DNA of 64,000 bases from Nannocystales bacterium (lineage in GTDB: Bacteria > Myxococcota_A > Polyangia > Nannocystales > Nannocystaceae). A model generated the notes under the pieces. The model was not told the DNA's origin, made no database searches, and was given only the letters and a program-made list of their open reading frames with translations. This document shows positions 47,276 to 59,432 of the stretch, in pieces. The stretch spans positions 192,001-256,000 of the forward strand of contig JBOEGF010000032.1 in the NCBI GenBank assembly GCA_050633305.1. Direction: 5' to 3'. How positions within the stretch are numbered: position 1 is the first letter of the stretch; every line of letters begins with the position of its first letter. The translations under genes and the position numbers were made by a program.

Positions 47276-48325
47276 CTAGTCGGCGCGGTTGGTGTAGTTC
47301 TTCTCGATCCAGTTGCGGTACTCGCCGCTGCGCACCTGCCCAATCCATTCGGGATTGTCGAGGTACCAGTGGACCGTCTTGCGGAATCCGGTCTCGAACG
47401 TCTCGGCCGGAGACCAGCTCAACTCGGTCTCGATCTTGGTGGCATCGATCGCGTAGCGAAGGTCGTGCCCGGGTCGGTCCTTGACGTAGGTGATCAGCGA
47501 CTCGAGTTCGCGGGTCGGCTTGCCTTGGCGCTCGGCGACCAGCTTGCAGATGATCTTCACCACGTCGATGTTGCGGACCTCGTTGTTCCCACCGATGTTG
47601 TACGTGTCGCCGACCTTGCCCTCGTTGACCACTTTCCAGATGGCTTCGCAGTGGTCGGTCACGTACAGCCAGTCGCGCACGTTGAGCCCCTCGCCATACA
47701 CCGGAAGCGGCTTGCCCTCGGCCGCGTTGAGCGTGATCACTGGGATGAGCTTCTCGGGGAACTGCAGCGGACCGTAGTTGTTGGAGCAGTTCGTGATCTT
47801 GACCGGGAGGCCATAGGTGCGGTGGTACGCACGCACCAGGTGATCGCTGGATGCTTTCGAGGCCGAGTACGGGCTCGAGGGGTCGTAACGGGTGTCCTCG
47901 ACGAACATCCCAGTCTCCCCCAGGGAACCGTAGACCTCGTCGGTGCTGACGTGATGGAACAGCCCGTTGTCCTTGCCCCACCGTTTGCGAGCCTCTTCCA
48001 GCAGGTTGAACGTGCCGATGATGTTGCTCTCGATGAAGGCGCGCGGGCCCTCGATCGACCGGTCGACATGGCTCTCGGCAGCGAAGTGCACGACCGCGTC
48101 GGGCTTGTGCTCCTCGAACGCTTCGGCGACGGCCTTCGCGTCCGCGATGTCGAGCTGGACGAAGCTGTAGTTCGCGGCGTCCGCGATACCCGCAAGGCTC
48201 CCGAGGTTGGCCGCGTACGTCAGCTTGTCGGCGTTGATGAAATGATGCTCGCCGTGCCGCGGCACGAGGAGATTGAGGAAGTTGGCGCCGATAAATCCCG
48301 CGCCTCCAGTGACCATGATCCGCAT
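47276..48325 (-). CDS. rmlB: dTDP-glucose 4,6-dehydratase
   Basis: [47 protein letters not shown] and DRPGHD. Confidence 0.97.
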   Translation of the reverse strand: MRIMVTGGAGFIGANFLNLLVPRHGEHHFINADKLTYAANLGSLAGIADAANYSFVQLDIADAKAVAEAFEEHKPDAVVHFAAESHVDRSIEGPRAFIESNIIGTFNLLEEARKRWGKDNGLFHHVSTDEVYGSLGETGMFVEDTRYDPSSPYSASKASSDHLVRAYHRTYGLPVKITNCSNNYGPLQFPEKLIPVITLNAAEGKPLPVYGEGLNVRDWLYVTDHCEAIWKVVNEGKVGDTYNIGGNNEVRNIDVVKIICKLVAERQGKPTRELESLITYVKDRPGHDLRYAIDATKIETELSWSPAETFETGFRKTVHWYLDNPEWIGQVRSGEYRNWIEKNYTNRAD

Positions 48326-48415
48326 TGATTCGTTCCTCGCACCGTCGTTCTAACCGTCCGAGGGCGTCCTTCGCAATGGCCGTCGGCGTGATGCGGCGCC
48401 GACGTCACGGCGATT

Positions 48416-50377
48416 TCACAGCAGGTCCAAGAACGCAGCGAGCACGTCTTGGTCTTCGGAAGAGAGCGACTCGCCACCTTCGCCCCCGTGCACGCCATCC
48501 GTCCCCACACGAACCGCCGCGAGCACGTCCTGCACGTCCGAAGCACCACCTTGGGTGAGGTACGGCCGCTTCACCCACAAGCGCCGCAAGGACGGCACCC
48601 GAGCGCCATCCTCGTGCACGTAGGGCTGCACGCCGGTGCGGTACCGGTCCTCAGATGCCCACAACAACGTCCCTCCTCCGAAGATGTCGGACTCCCAGGC
48701 CGCCGCCGAGACCCGAGAGCCGGGGTCGTCCGCCACGGTTCGTGCTTGGTGGCAGGCCTCGCACAACGCCTCGAAGCGCGACGCGCCGCGGCGTTCCAGG
48801 GGTGTGAACGCGCTGCGCCCCTGCGCCGCGGGGTTGGGCTCGGGCGTGAAGGCGGCGAGAAACTCCAACACCGCCGCGCGCAGCTGCGCGGGATCATACC
48901 GCGGCGCCTGGGTCAGGGTCGCCAGCCACGGGAATTCAGCAGTCTCTAGTGCGAACCACGGATCCTGCGGCGTGTTGGCGTTGGCCACCCGGAACTCGTT
49001 GTGAATCATCCCGGTCGTCGTGCGATCGAGGGCGCGCGAGAAATGCGGTTGATTGCCCACCAATCCGCGAAGAGTCTTCGTGGTGGCATAGACCTCCCCA
49101 CGCCCCGTGAAGTGCACCCGGCCATCCACCGTTCCTTCGAAGTGGCAGGTCTCGCAGGTGAAGCGGCTGCCAGGACCGTCAGAGCTCGCCTGCGGGGCCA
49201 TCAACGTCGTGAACACGAGCGCCTCGCCGAGGCGAACGGCTTCCGTCCGCGGGTCGTGGGGACCGACGGGGAGTCCCGTCGCGTGCCGCTGGGCGTCGAG
49301 GTGGACCCATTGGTCCAAGAGAGGATCGGCGGCCAGGACCTCGGCGCCTCGCATCGAAAACGCGGTGAGCCCCGCCGGCACCGTCCACGTCTCCACCGCG
49401 GGCTCGTCTCCACCAACCCGCACGGCGGCCATCGAATCGGCCCCGGCCCCTGTCACCCACAGCGTGTCTTCATGCCAGGCGAGGTGCTTGGGGGTGACGA
49501 CCCCGTGCGCACCCACGTTGACCGCCGCAAGTCGGCGCAGCACCCCGTCCTCGAGGCGAACGTGAAACACGAACGAGTCGACGTAGCCGAATCCCCCAGC
49601 GCTGCGATCGAGAGGATGATCCTCCACCCCCGCGAGCCCCAGCTCCAAGGCGCCGGCAACCGTCCTCGGTGCGACCGCCCAGATCGGTCCGTCGTGTTGA
49701 ACCTGAGCCACCGTTCGGAGTTCGCTCGACGAGGACGGCTCGAGGGCAAACACGCGCACCGCGTGCTCGAGCAGGCAGTTGGCGATGATCCACGATCCGT
49801 GTCGCTGAACATCGATGGCCCCCTCGCACCGGATGGGCTCGCCCGTGCTCCCCTCGGGCGAGACGGTCAGGATCTGCCCACGGTGTCGATCGGCCACGAC
49901 CCAGCCGCCCTCGGGTCGAACGACCACCGCGCGGAGTGCCTGGACTCCCTCGACCGGAACTCGCTGCTGCACGACGAACTTCCCATCGACATCGCGGACA
50001 ACCACGACCTCGTTGGACCGCTCACCGACGATGTGCAACGTCTCGCCATCACGGTCCCAACCCACGGCCCCGTCAACGACCGCCAGACGCTCGCGCTCTT
50101 CCCCTTGGGGTCCGAGCCGCACAACCGCGCCGGGTCCGCGGAGCAGGCCCACGAACCCCTCGTCTGCCCAAGGGAGGACGAGGGTCGGGTCCGCGCCAGA
50201 GACCGAAGACCAGGCGGGCTGCGGCTGCGTCCGCAGCTCTCGTTCCCGAGCGCGCACAGGAGCCAATGCCGCCGAGACCGGGTTGTCGGACTCCGAATCA
50301 GCGTCACCGGGCCGGGGCGTGGCCTCGTCGTCACTGCAGGCACACAGGCACAGCACGAACGCGAGAAGCGTCCGCAC
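48416..50377 (-). CDS. Lipoprotein with beta-propeller and di-heme cytochrome c (peroxidase/MauG-like) domain
   Basis: Lipobox LCAC, propeller-like repeats, LGEALVF...CETCH, RGASRF...CEACH and VPSLRRL...PY. Confidence 0.78.
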   Translation of the reverse strand: MRTLLAFVLCLCACSDDEATPRPGDADSESDNPVSAALAPVRARERELRTQPQPAWSSVSGADPTLVLPWADEGFVGLLRGPGAVVRLGPQGEERERLAVVDGAVGWDRDGETLHIVGERSNEVVVVRDVDGKFVVQQRVPVEGVQALRAVVVRPEGGWVVADRHRGQILTVSPEGSTGEPIRCEGAIDVQRHGSWIIANCLLEHAVRVFALEPSSSSELRTVAQVQHDGPIWAVAPRTVAGALELGLAGVEDHPLDRSAGGFGYVDSFVFHVRLEDGVLRRLAAVNVGAHGVVTPKHLAWHEDTLWVTGAGADSMAAVRVGGDEPAVETWTVPAGLTAFSMRGAEVLAADPLLDQWVHLDAQRHATGLPVGPHDPRTEAVRLGEALVFTTLMAPQASSDGPGSRFTCETCHFEGTVDGRVHFTGRGEVYATTKTLRGLVGNQPHFSRALDRTTTGMIHNEFRVANANTPQDPWFALETAEFPWLATLTQAPRYDPAQLRAAVLEFLAAFTPEPNPAAQGRSAFTPLERRGASRFEALCEACHQARTVADDPGSRVSAAAWESDIFGGGTLLWASEDRYRTGVQPYVHEDGARVPSLRRLWVKRPYLTQGGASDVQDVLAAVRVGTDGVHGGEGGESLSSEDQDVLAAFLDLL

Positions 50378-50382
50378 GCCGG

Positions 50383-50634
50383 CTACCAGCCGCCTTCGTC
50401 TTTCTTCTCAGCGCCGTCCTTGGCCTCTGGTTTGTCGGCCTTGGCGTCGTCCTTCTTGTCGTCGGCCTTGGCGTCGTCCTTCTTGTCGCCAGCCTTGGCG
50501 TCGTCCTTCTTGTCGCCAGCCTTGGCATCGTCCTTCTTGTCAGCCTTGGCGTCGTCCTTCTTGGCGTCGTCGCACGCGACAACGCCGAGGCACAGAGGGA
50601 GGGCGAGGAGTGTGGTGAGGATGCGGACGTTCAT
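50383..50634 (-). CDS. Small lipoprotein made of Lys/Asp/Ala repeats
   Basis: Signal peptide with VVAC lipobox, then KKDDAKA(G/D)D repeats; ATGA overlap with the kinase stop codon. Confidence 0.75.
   Translation of the reverse strand: MNVRILTTLLALPLCLGVVACDDAKKDDAKADKKDDAKAGDKKDDAKAGDKKDDAKADDKKDDAKADKPEAKDGAEKKDEGGW
50431..50571 (-). repeat. 21-24-bp tandem repeat encoding KKDDAKA(G/D)D, about 5 copies
   Basis: Repeated CCTTGGCGTCGTCCTTCTTG units on the + strand. Confidence 0.85.
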
Positions 50635-52199
50635 GGAACTTCGGGCGCTGCGGGGTCGTCTTCGGAACTCGCCGCCGCAGCCCGAGCCGCGGCGACTGCC
50701 TTGAGCAGCGATGCCGAATCATAGGGTTTGTGCAGCAGCCCGTCGACACCCGCCTCTCGCAACGAACGCTCGCGATCCCCGTCGATGTAGCCCGAGCTGA
50801 TCAGGACCGGAACGTTCGGCGCCAGCGCGTGGAGCCGGTGGAACGCCTGTTCTCCGTCCATCTGCGGCATGTCGAGATCGAGGATGACCAGGTCAACCCG
50901 GTCGGCATTGCTGGAGTAGAGATCCACCGCCTGAGCACCGTCACAGGCTTCGAGGACCTCGAGGCCAGCATGTTGCAAGACCCGCCGAGTCGCGGCCCGT
51001 ATCAGGGACTCGTCGTCGGCCAGCAAGACCACCCCCCGCAGCCGGACCCCCGTCCGGGAGGTATGTCGTGGATCCACCTCGGGTCGGCTGGACCCGCACG
51101 GCATCAGGACCTCGAAGGTGGTCCCGCGGCCGGTCTCACTCTCGATCCGGATGTGCCCTCCGTGATCGCGCACGATCGCATGAACCGTCGCCAACCCGAG
51201 GCCGGTTCCCTTGCCTCGTGGCTTGGTCGTGAAAAACGGCTCGAAGACACGCGCTCGAACCCCGGCGTCCATCCCGACGCCCTCGTCGATCACCCGCAAC
51301 GACGCGACGTCGCCGTGGGTCAGCAGGTCCGTCCCGCCCAAGTCCACCTCTGGGTGGGACGCACGTCGCACCTCGATGCTCAGGCCACCCCCCTCGGGCA
51401 TCGCGTCGCCGGCGTTGATGCACAGGTTCATCAAGATCTGTAGCAGCTGCGAAGGATCACCGACCACCGTGATGTCCTCCTCGACCGCGGTCTCGAGCTC
51501 GATGGAGCGATGAAGGGTTCGGCGCAGCAGTCGCTCAGCATCCACCACAATGCTCGCCAAGGACACCGTCTCGTGGCGACGCTGACCGCTGCGGGCAAAC
51601 GCCAACAGCTGGCGCGTCAGATCCACCGCCCGTCGGGACGCGGTTTCGATATCAGCCAGCGAAGCCCGCAACCGCTCTTCTGTGACCGGGCCCAGCTTCT
51701 GGAGCCCCTGCAGGTGTGTGGTGTTGGCCAAGACCACCCCGAGCAGATTGTTGAAGTCATGGGCGATTCCCCCAGAGAGCTGCCCCAATGCCTGCAGCTT
51801 CTGAGCCTGGATGCGTTGGTCCTCGAACCGGTCCCGGTTCGCGAACAGCAACACCGTCCGTGACCCGACCGCAATCTTATCCCCGAAGTTCAGCGCCGAC
51901 TCTTCGATCCGCTCCCCGTTGACGAAGGTCCCGTTGCGGCTCCCGAGGTCCTCGATCGTGTATCCGCCGTCGGTGCGGCGCACCCGAGCGTGGTGTCGGG
52001 AGACCCCGTCGTCGAGAAGCTCGATCGGCGACCCGGAGCCTCGACCCAGCGTAATCTCGCCCCCGACCACGTACCTGCGACCCGAGGCGTGCCCGACGAG
52101 GACCACCAACTGCGCGTCCTCGACGGACGCGTCTCTCACACGTTCGAGCGCCGGGGTCCGCCGGATTCGAAGGGTCGAGTGGTCGAACGTCTCACCCAC
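50631..52199 (-). CDS. Cytoplasmic FHA-histidine kinase-receiver hybrid
   Basis: FHA LGRG...VSRHHA...DLGSRNGTFVN; AHDFNN; NLCINAGDAM; FEPFFTTK; GTGLGL; receiver LLADDE...DLDMP...KP. Start estimated. Confidence 0.9.
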   Translation of the reverse strand: MGETFDHSTLRIRRTPALERVRDASVEDAQLVVLVGHASGRRYVVGGEITLGRGSGSPIELLDDGVSRHHARVRRTDGGYTIEDLGSRNGTFVNGERIEESALNFGDKIAVGSRTVLLFANRDRFEDQRIQAQKLQALGQLSGGIAHDFNNLLGVVLANTTHLQGLQKLGPVTEERLRASLADIETASRRAVDLTRQLLAFARSGQRRHETVSLASIVVDAERLLRRTLHRSIELETAVEEDITVVGDPSQLLQILMNLCINAGDAMPEGGGLSIEVRRASHPEVDLGGTDLLTHGDVASLRVIDEGVGMDAGVRARVFEPFFTTKPRGKGTGLGLATVHAIVRDHGGHIRIESETGRGTTFEVLMPCGSSRPEVDPRHTSRTGVRLRGVVLLADDESLIRAATRRVLQHAGLEVLEACDGAQAVDLYSSNADRVDLVILDLDMPQMDGEQAFHRLHALAPNVPVLISSGYIDGDRERSLREAGVDGLLHKPYDSASLLKAVAAARAAAASSEDDPAAPEVP

Positions 52200-52347
52200 G
52201 TCCTGAGCATTGTACGCGGCCCCGTAGCCCCCCCGCACCCCCGTTCCATGTCGCCAGCGCTCCGAATCGGGCCGGTTGAAACGCCACAGCCGCACGGCTG
52301 TCGACGCATTCTCGAGGGTCTGCCACACTCCCGGGCCAGACCTCATC

Positions 52348-54623
<2,276 letters not shown>

Positions 54624-54627
<4 letters not shown>

Positions 54628-55577
54628 CCAAGAACTCGAAGACCCACAAGCCAGCCTCCCGCCGTAGCGTCGATGACCTCGAGCATCCCGCCGGGCCCAC
54701 CAAGGATGCCTATGAGGAGGAACTGGCCGAGCTTCAGCTGCAGATGCTGAGGATTCAGTGCGCATACCGAGCCCAGGGTCGTCGCGCGATCCTTGCCTTC
54801 GAAGGCACGGACGCGGCAGGCAAGGGGGGCGCGATTCGTCGGATGACCGCACGTCTCGACCCCCGTGGCGTCAAGGTCCACGCAATCGGGGCACCGACGA
54901 AAGAGGAACAGGGACGTCACTACCTGTACCGTTTCTGGCGAGAACTACCCGTCCCCGGTCAGCTCGCGGTGTTCGACCGCTCCTGGTACGGGCGGGTGTT
55001 GGTCGAACGGGTCGAGGGCTTCTGCAAGGAAGAGGCGTGGAGCCGCGCCTACGATGAGATCAACGCCTTTGAGAAGATGCTCGTCGACGACGGGGCGGTC
55101 CTGATCAAAGTGCTGTTGTGCATCGACCGTGGAGAGCAACACGAGCGCTTCGCCGACCGACTCCACGACCCGGTCAAGCGCTGGAAGTTCACCCGCGATG
55201 ACCTGCGCAACCGCAACCGGTGGGACGACTACGTTTCCGCTTTCGACGAGATGCTGGTGCGTACCGACACGACCGACGCCCCCTGGGTCGTCATCGGCGC
55301 CAACACCAAGCGCCACGCTCGGCTCGCGACCCTGCGTGCCGTCACGCAGCGACTCTCCGCCGACGTGGACCTGACCGCACCGCTCGCACCGCACGCGTTG
55401 ATTCGCGAGGCCACGGCGAGCCTTGGGCTGCCACTCCCCCCCGACGTCGCGCCCGCGGACCCGAGCAAAGACGTCCGAGGCGAGGACGCCGAGGGGCCCA
55501 AGAAGAAGGCCCGAAAGAAGGACAAGAAGAAGCGGAAGAACGCCGGCAAGCCGGGGAAAGAGAAGAAGAAAAAGTAG
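54624..55577 (+). CDS. ppk2: Polyphosphate kinase 2 family (single domain, class II-like) with Lys-rich tail
   Basis: Walker A FEGTDAAGKGG, LDPRG, FDRSWYGRVLVERVEG, KRWK and APW; ATGA overlap with ppk1. Confidence 0.92.
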
Positions 55578-55605
55578 CGTTCCGGTGCCGGGCCGAGCAC
55601 GGCCC

Positions 55606-56859
55606 TCACAGCGCTTGCTGCACGTCTTCTTTGCCGGAGTCTCGCTCGCGCGAGATGAAGGCTCCGATGCCGCTGTCGGCGCTGCGGGCCCGTGCGAAGT
55701 AGGCCTCAGCCCCCTCGGTCTCTCCACCGTCGAGCGCACACAGCCCGAGCCCCGCCAGGGCACGGGCGCGGATCTTGGCGTCGTCGTGATCGAGTAGACC
55801 CCGGTACACGGTCCGTGCCGGTCCGCACCGGCCCTTGCGACGATTTCCGTCCGCGGCGGCGAGCGACCCCGTAGGGGTCTCATCTGCGCCAGGGACAGCC
55901 GCCCCCCCGCTGGGGGCCTTGGACTTGGGCTTGGACTTCGTGGGCTTGGGCGCGGGGCCGGGCTGGGGTGCGGGCGCGTCCTGCTTCTTGCCCGACGAGC
56001 GCGACGGCGCGGTCTCGCTCGGCTTGGCTTGGCGCTCGTTGGCGGCCGGGCGAGCGCCCCCTTTGGACTTCTCGTAGATCACCTTGTCCGAAGGATCGAG
56101 CGCGCTCTTCGACTCCGACGGCCCCGCTCCAGCCGAGGGGGAACTCGGAATCACCGCAGACTCAGACTCAGACTCAGGTTCGGGTTCGGGTTCGGGCTCA
56201 GCGTTGAGTTCTTCCTCGATCGACCGCTCGCCCGCACCCACGCCCCGGTCGAGGGCCGCGGAGCCACGAAGTCGGCCCCGGGTCAGGCCCCTATCTCCAC
56301 CGAGACGCTCGTCGTCCTCGTCGGCCAACGCAACCGGCTCGGCCGCGGCCCGCAGTTCACTTCCACGCTCGAGGAGCGCTCCGTCGTTGGCGAAGGCCTG
56401 CTTGTCATCGTCCTTGCCCTGCTCGGCCTCTGCCGTTTCCGCCTGGGCAACGGTCGCGGTGCCCGGCTCGGCGTCGCGGAGCGTGCCTTGGACCATCACC
56501 AAGACCAGTGCTGCGCTCGCGCCGACGGCCAACGTCGGAACCCACAGCGAAAGCCGCTTCCACCACGGGGTATCGGAGGTATCGGGGGTCGTGGACCCCG
56601 CCGCTCCGTCGCGGGGCGTCGCCGACAGGGCGGGCAACGCGGCTTCGTCGCGGGCGACGGCCAACACCGAGTCGAGTACACCCGCAGGGACGTCGACCGG
56701 TGGGAGCGCCTCACGGGACAGCTGCAACAGATCGCGATACTCGGAGAGTCGGCTCGAGACGGCGACGTCGTCCTCGAACTCGAGCGGGATCCCCGAGAGT
56801 TCCAGGTCTTCGAGCGCGTCCTCGAGCGCGTCGAGTTGAACCGGGGAGAACTCGCCCAT
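55606..56859 (-). CDS. Putative membrane anti-sigma factor with C-terminal TPR-like helices
   Basis: Start overlaps the sigma stop codon; helical N-terminal domain, one TM (LWVPTLAVGASAALVLVMV), disordered linker, TPR-like end. Confidence 0.7.
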   Translation of the reverse strand: MGEFSPVQLDALEDALEDLELSGIPLEFEDDVAVSSRLSEYRDLLQLSREALPPVDVPAGVLDSVLAVARDEAALPALSATPRDGAAGSTTPDTSDTPWWKRLSLWVPTLAVGASAALVLVMVQGTLRDAEPGTATVAQAETAEAEQGKDDDKQAFANDGALLERGSELRAAAEPVALADEDDERLGGDRGLTRGRLRGSAALDRGVGAGERSIEEELNAEPEPEPEPESESESAVIPSSPSAGAGPSESKSALDPSDKVIYEKSKGGARPAANERQAKPSETAPSRSSGKKQDAPAPQPGPAPKPTKSKPKSKAPSGGAAVPGADETPTGSLAAADGNRRKGRCGPARTVYRGLLDHDDAKIRARALAGLGLCALDGGETEGAEAYFARARSADSGIGAFISRERDSGKEDVQQAL

Positions 56860-57599
56860 CAGCTCTGGCCTCCGGCGGGTGTCTGGCCTCCGGCGGGTGT
56901 CTGGCCTCCGGCGGGTGTCTTGCCTCCAGCGGGTGTCTTGCCTCCGTCGGGTGTCTTGCCTCCGTCAGAAGCAGGGGCCGCATGGTGGAGGTCGCCCAGT
57001 TCGCTGCGCAGCTTCTCCAGCGCGTAGCGCATGCGGCTCTTGACCGTGTTCTCTGGGATCTCGACGGTCTCGGAGATCTCTCGGAACGAAAGCCCACTGA
57101 CCTGGCGCAGGAGGAAGACTTCGCGCTGCTCCACGGGGAGCTTGGCCACGGCCTCCTTCAACCGCTTGCGGATCGTCGGAGCCTCGGCAGCCTCATCGGT
57201 CGGCACCTCGTTGGAGGGGATGCTGGAGATCATGGCCGACCCCGCATCGCCGTCTGAGCCCTTCCGTGGGGCGTCGAGGGACTGATGTCGACGGAACTTG
57301 GCTCGACGACTCTCGTCCACGCAGAGGTTGCGAGCAATCGAGTACAGCCACGTCGTGAACTTCGCCGAGGGCGTGTAGCGTTCCTTCGCGCGAACCACTC
57401 GCAAGAAGACCTCTTGGAGGAGTTCCTCGGCCCGAGGTTGAAGCCGGACGCTCCGAAGCAGGAAGTTGTAGACGCCGCGCTGGTGCCGAGCGACCAACGT
57501 CTCGAACGCGGAAGCATCTCCGGCACAGAACGCCTGCATGAGCGCTTCGTCACCGGTGGTGTCCACGGCTGGGGCGTGTGCGCTTGAGGAGGCGTCCAT
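56859..57599 (-). CDS. ECF RNA polymerase sigma factor
   Basis: DEALM...GDASAFETLV, AEELLQEVFLRV, FTTWLYSIARN, LPVEQREVFLL...GLSFREI...NTVKSRMRYA. Confidence 0.94.
   Translation of the reverse strand: MDASSSAHAPAVDTTGDEALMQAFCAGDASAFETLVARHQRGVYNFLLRSVRLQPRAEELLQEVFLRVVRAKERYTPSAKFTTWLYSIARNLCVDESRRAKFRRHQSLDAPRKGSDGDAGSAMISSIPSNEVPTDEAAEAPTIRKRLKEAVAKLPVEQREVFLLRQVSGLSFREISETVEIPENTVKSRMRYALEKLRSELGDLHHAAPASDGGKTPDGGKTPAGGKTPAGGQTPAGGQTPAGGQS
56864..56966 (-). repeat. 18-bp in-frame tandem repeat encoding GG(K/Q)TP(D/A), about 5.5 copies
   Basis: Repeated GGGTGTCT(G/T)GCCTCC units on the + strand at the sigma C-terminus. Confidence 0.9.
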
Positions 57600-57860
57600 C
57601 GAGACAGAACTCCGTACCTGTCACACGGACAGGGACGGTCGGCAAAGTGTGCCGCCCGGGCGGGCCCCGCTGCAAGCGGCACCGACGATTGGGGCGACGG
57701 CATGCTGCCGCGAGGGCTCCCCGACGCGCGCACGCGACGGCTCAGCCCTCGGGTGAGGACGCGGGTTCTCATGGCGCTCGATGTCCGCCAGTACGGACGA
57801 AGCGCACAAAACGGTCTGCGGCCGACGGCCCCGTGCCGCGCGTGTTCCTCTGAAGCGCTC

Positions 57861-58685
57861 TCAGGCCTCTTCGAGGGCCCGGGCGCGGCTGTTGGCGCCC
57901 GAACGGGCCATGACCCAGCGCAAGATAAAGCGCGGGATCACCGAGGTGATCCGCATCAGGATCCGGTTGAGACGCCCCGGATAGACAACCGCGCGACCGC
58001 GCCGAAATCCCCGAAGGGCTTCGTCTGCGCAGGTGTCGGCGTCGATCCTCAACACGCCCGGCGATGCCTTCACCCCGCCCCTTGCCCCGGCGATCTCCCG
58101 GAACTCGGTCGCCACCGGTCCCGGACACACCTCCGTCACGGTCACTCCCGCCGATGCCACCTCCGCCCGCAACGCGTCCGTGAAGCCCGCGACGAAGTGC
58201 TTGGTCCCGGCATAGGTGGCCACGCCCGGTTGGTAGAGGTGGCCGAGAACCGAGCCGACGTTGAGCACGCCTCCGTGCCCGCGCTCGACCATGCCAAGCA
58301 CCAGTCTGGTGGTGAGCTGAACGACCGCGGTCACATTGACCGCGATCATCTGTCGGAGCTTGCTCAGGTCCGCATCTTCGAGACGGGCCCGGTCGCCAAA
58401 CCCCGCGTTGTTGATGAGCACATCGACGCCCCCCTCTTCCACCAACCGATCGCACAGCGCGTCCACGGCTTCCGCGTCCGCCAGGTCGCAGGTCACGACG
58501 TCGACCTCGAGCCCGATCCTCACCCGGAGAAGCTCGTCGGCAAGGGCTTCGAGCCGGTCGGTGCGGCGTGCGACGAGGATGATGCGACGAGCCTCGACAC
58601 AGACTCGGCGTGCAAGTGCACGTCCGATTCCCGCCGAGGCTCCCGTGATGAGCACCGTGCCCGACAAGGGCGGTCGCTCGGTCAC
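57861..58685 (-). CDS. SDR family oxidoreductase (DltE-like)
   Basis: TGASAGIG, LVARR, NNAGFG, YAGTK and CPGPVATEF. Confidence 0.92.
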   Translation of the reverse strand: MTERPPLSGTVLITGASAGIGRALARRVCVEARRIILVARRTDRLEALADELLRVRIGLEVDVVTCDLADAEAVDALCDRLVEEGGVDVLINNAGFGDRARLEDADLSKLRQMIAVNVTAVVQLTTRLVLGMVERGHGGVLNVGSVLGHLYQPGVATYAGTKHFVAGFTDALRAEVASAGVTVTEVCPGPVATEFREIAGARGGVKASPGVLRIDADTCADEALRGFRRGRAVVYPGRLNRILMRITSVIPRFILRWVMARSGANSRARALEEA

Positions 58686-59347
58686 GATTGAATCAGGACG
58701 CCGGAGGCCGTGAGAACGTGCTCGGTGCGCTCGCCCGAGACCTTGTCCGGGTCACCGCCGCCGTCCTTCTCCAGGTGCTTGACCTGATCTTCGTTGAACG
58801 TCCGGGAGGTGAGCGTGCCCTCGACCTGGACCTTCTTGCCGCGGCTGTCCATCGGGACGTTGAAGCCGTGATCCTTCATCAGGATCCGAGCGGAGACGTC
58901 GCCGTCCTTGACGACCATCCAGCAGCCCTTTTTCTGACAGACCGCTTCGACCTCACCGGAGACGAGGATGCCGTCCTTGGACTTGGCCGCGACCGCCTTC
59001 GCCAGAGGAACAGGGTCGGTGGTGTTGGTGAACGGCTCGCCAAAGTGGCCGCCGGACTTGGCGGCCAGCGTGCCTTCACCGTCGGCTTGCTCGCCGTGCG
59101 GGCACCCTTCCTCGGCCTCGGCATCCGCGGCGTCCTTTTCGCCCTCGGCGTAGATGCAGCCGTTGGCCTCCCCGTCCTCGGCCTTCTCGGGCTCAGCGGC
59201 GGCGACCTTGCCGGCCGCCTTGTCGCCGGCCTTCTCGGACGCCTCGGTCTTCGCCTTGGCCGCATCCGCCGTCTTGTCGGCCGCGGGCTTGTTGCTATCG
59301 CAAGCCGTGACCGCGAGGATGCAGGAGATCAGCGCAAGCTTCTTCAT
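58682..59347 (-). CDS. DUF4920-domain lipoprotein
   Basis: Lipobox VTAC; GEVEAVCQKKGCWM, MKDHGFNVP and ASGV motifs. Confidence 0.85.
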   Translation of the reverse strand: MKKLALISCILAVTACDSNKPAADKTADAAKAKTEASEKAGDKAAGKVAAAEPEKAEDGEANGCIYAEGEKDAADAEAEEGCPHGEQADGEGTLAAKSGGHFGEPFTNTTDPVPLAKAVAAKSKDGILVSGEVEAVCQKKGCWMVVKDGDVSARILMKDHGFNVPMDSRGKKVQVEGTLTSRTFNEDQVKHLEKDGGGDPDKVSGERTEHVLTASGVLIQS

Positions 59348-59432
59348 CGCTCGGAATGTTCCCCGAAATGCGCACGAGCGCAACGCGACCGGGCTCACAC
59401 CGGTCGCGCGATATACTGCATGACGACCGGTT

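Noticed and set aside
56864..56966. Tandem repeats here and at 50431-50571 as possible CRISPR arrays
   Set aside because: No unique spacers, units are multiples of 3 inside coding frames, and there are no cas genes.
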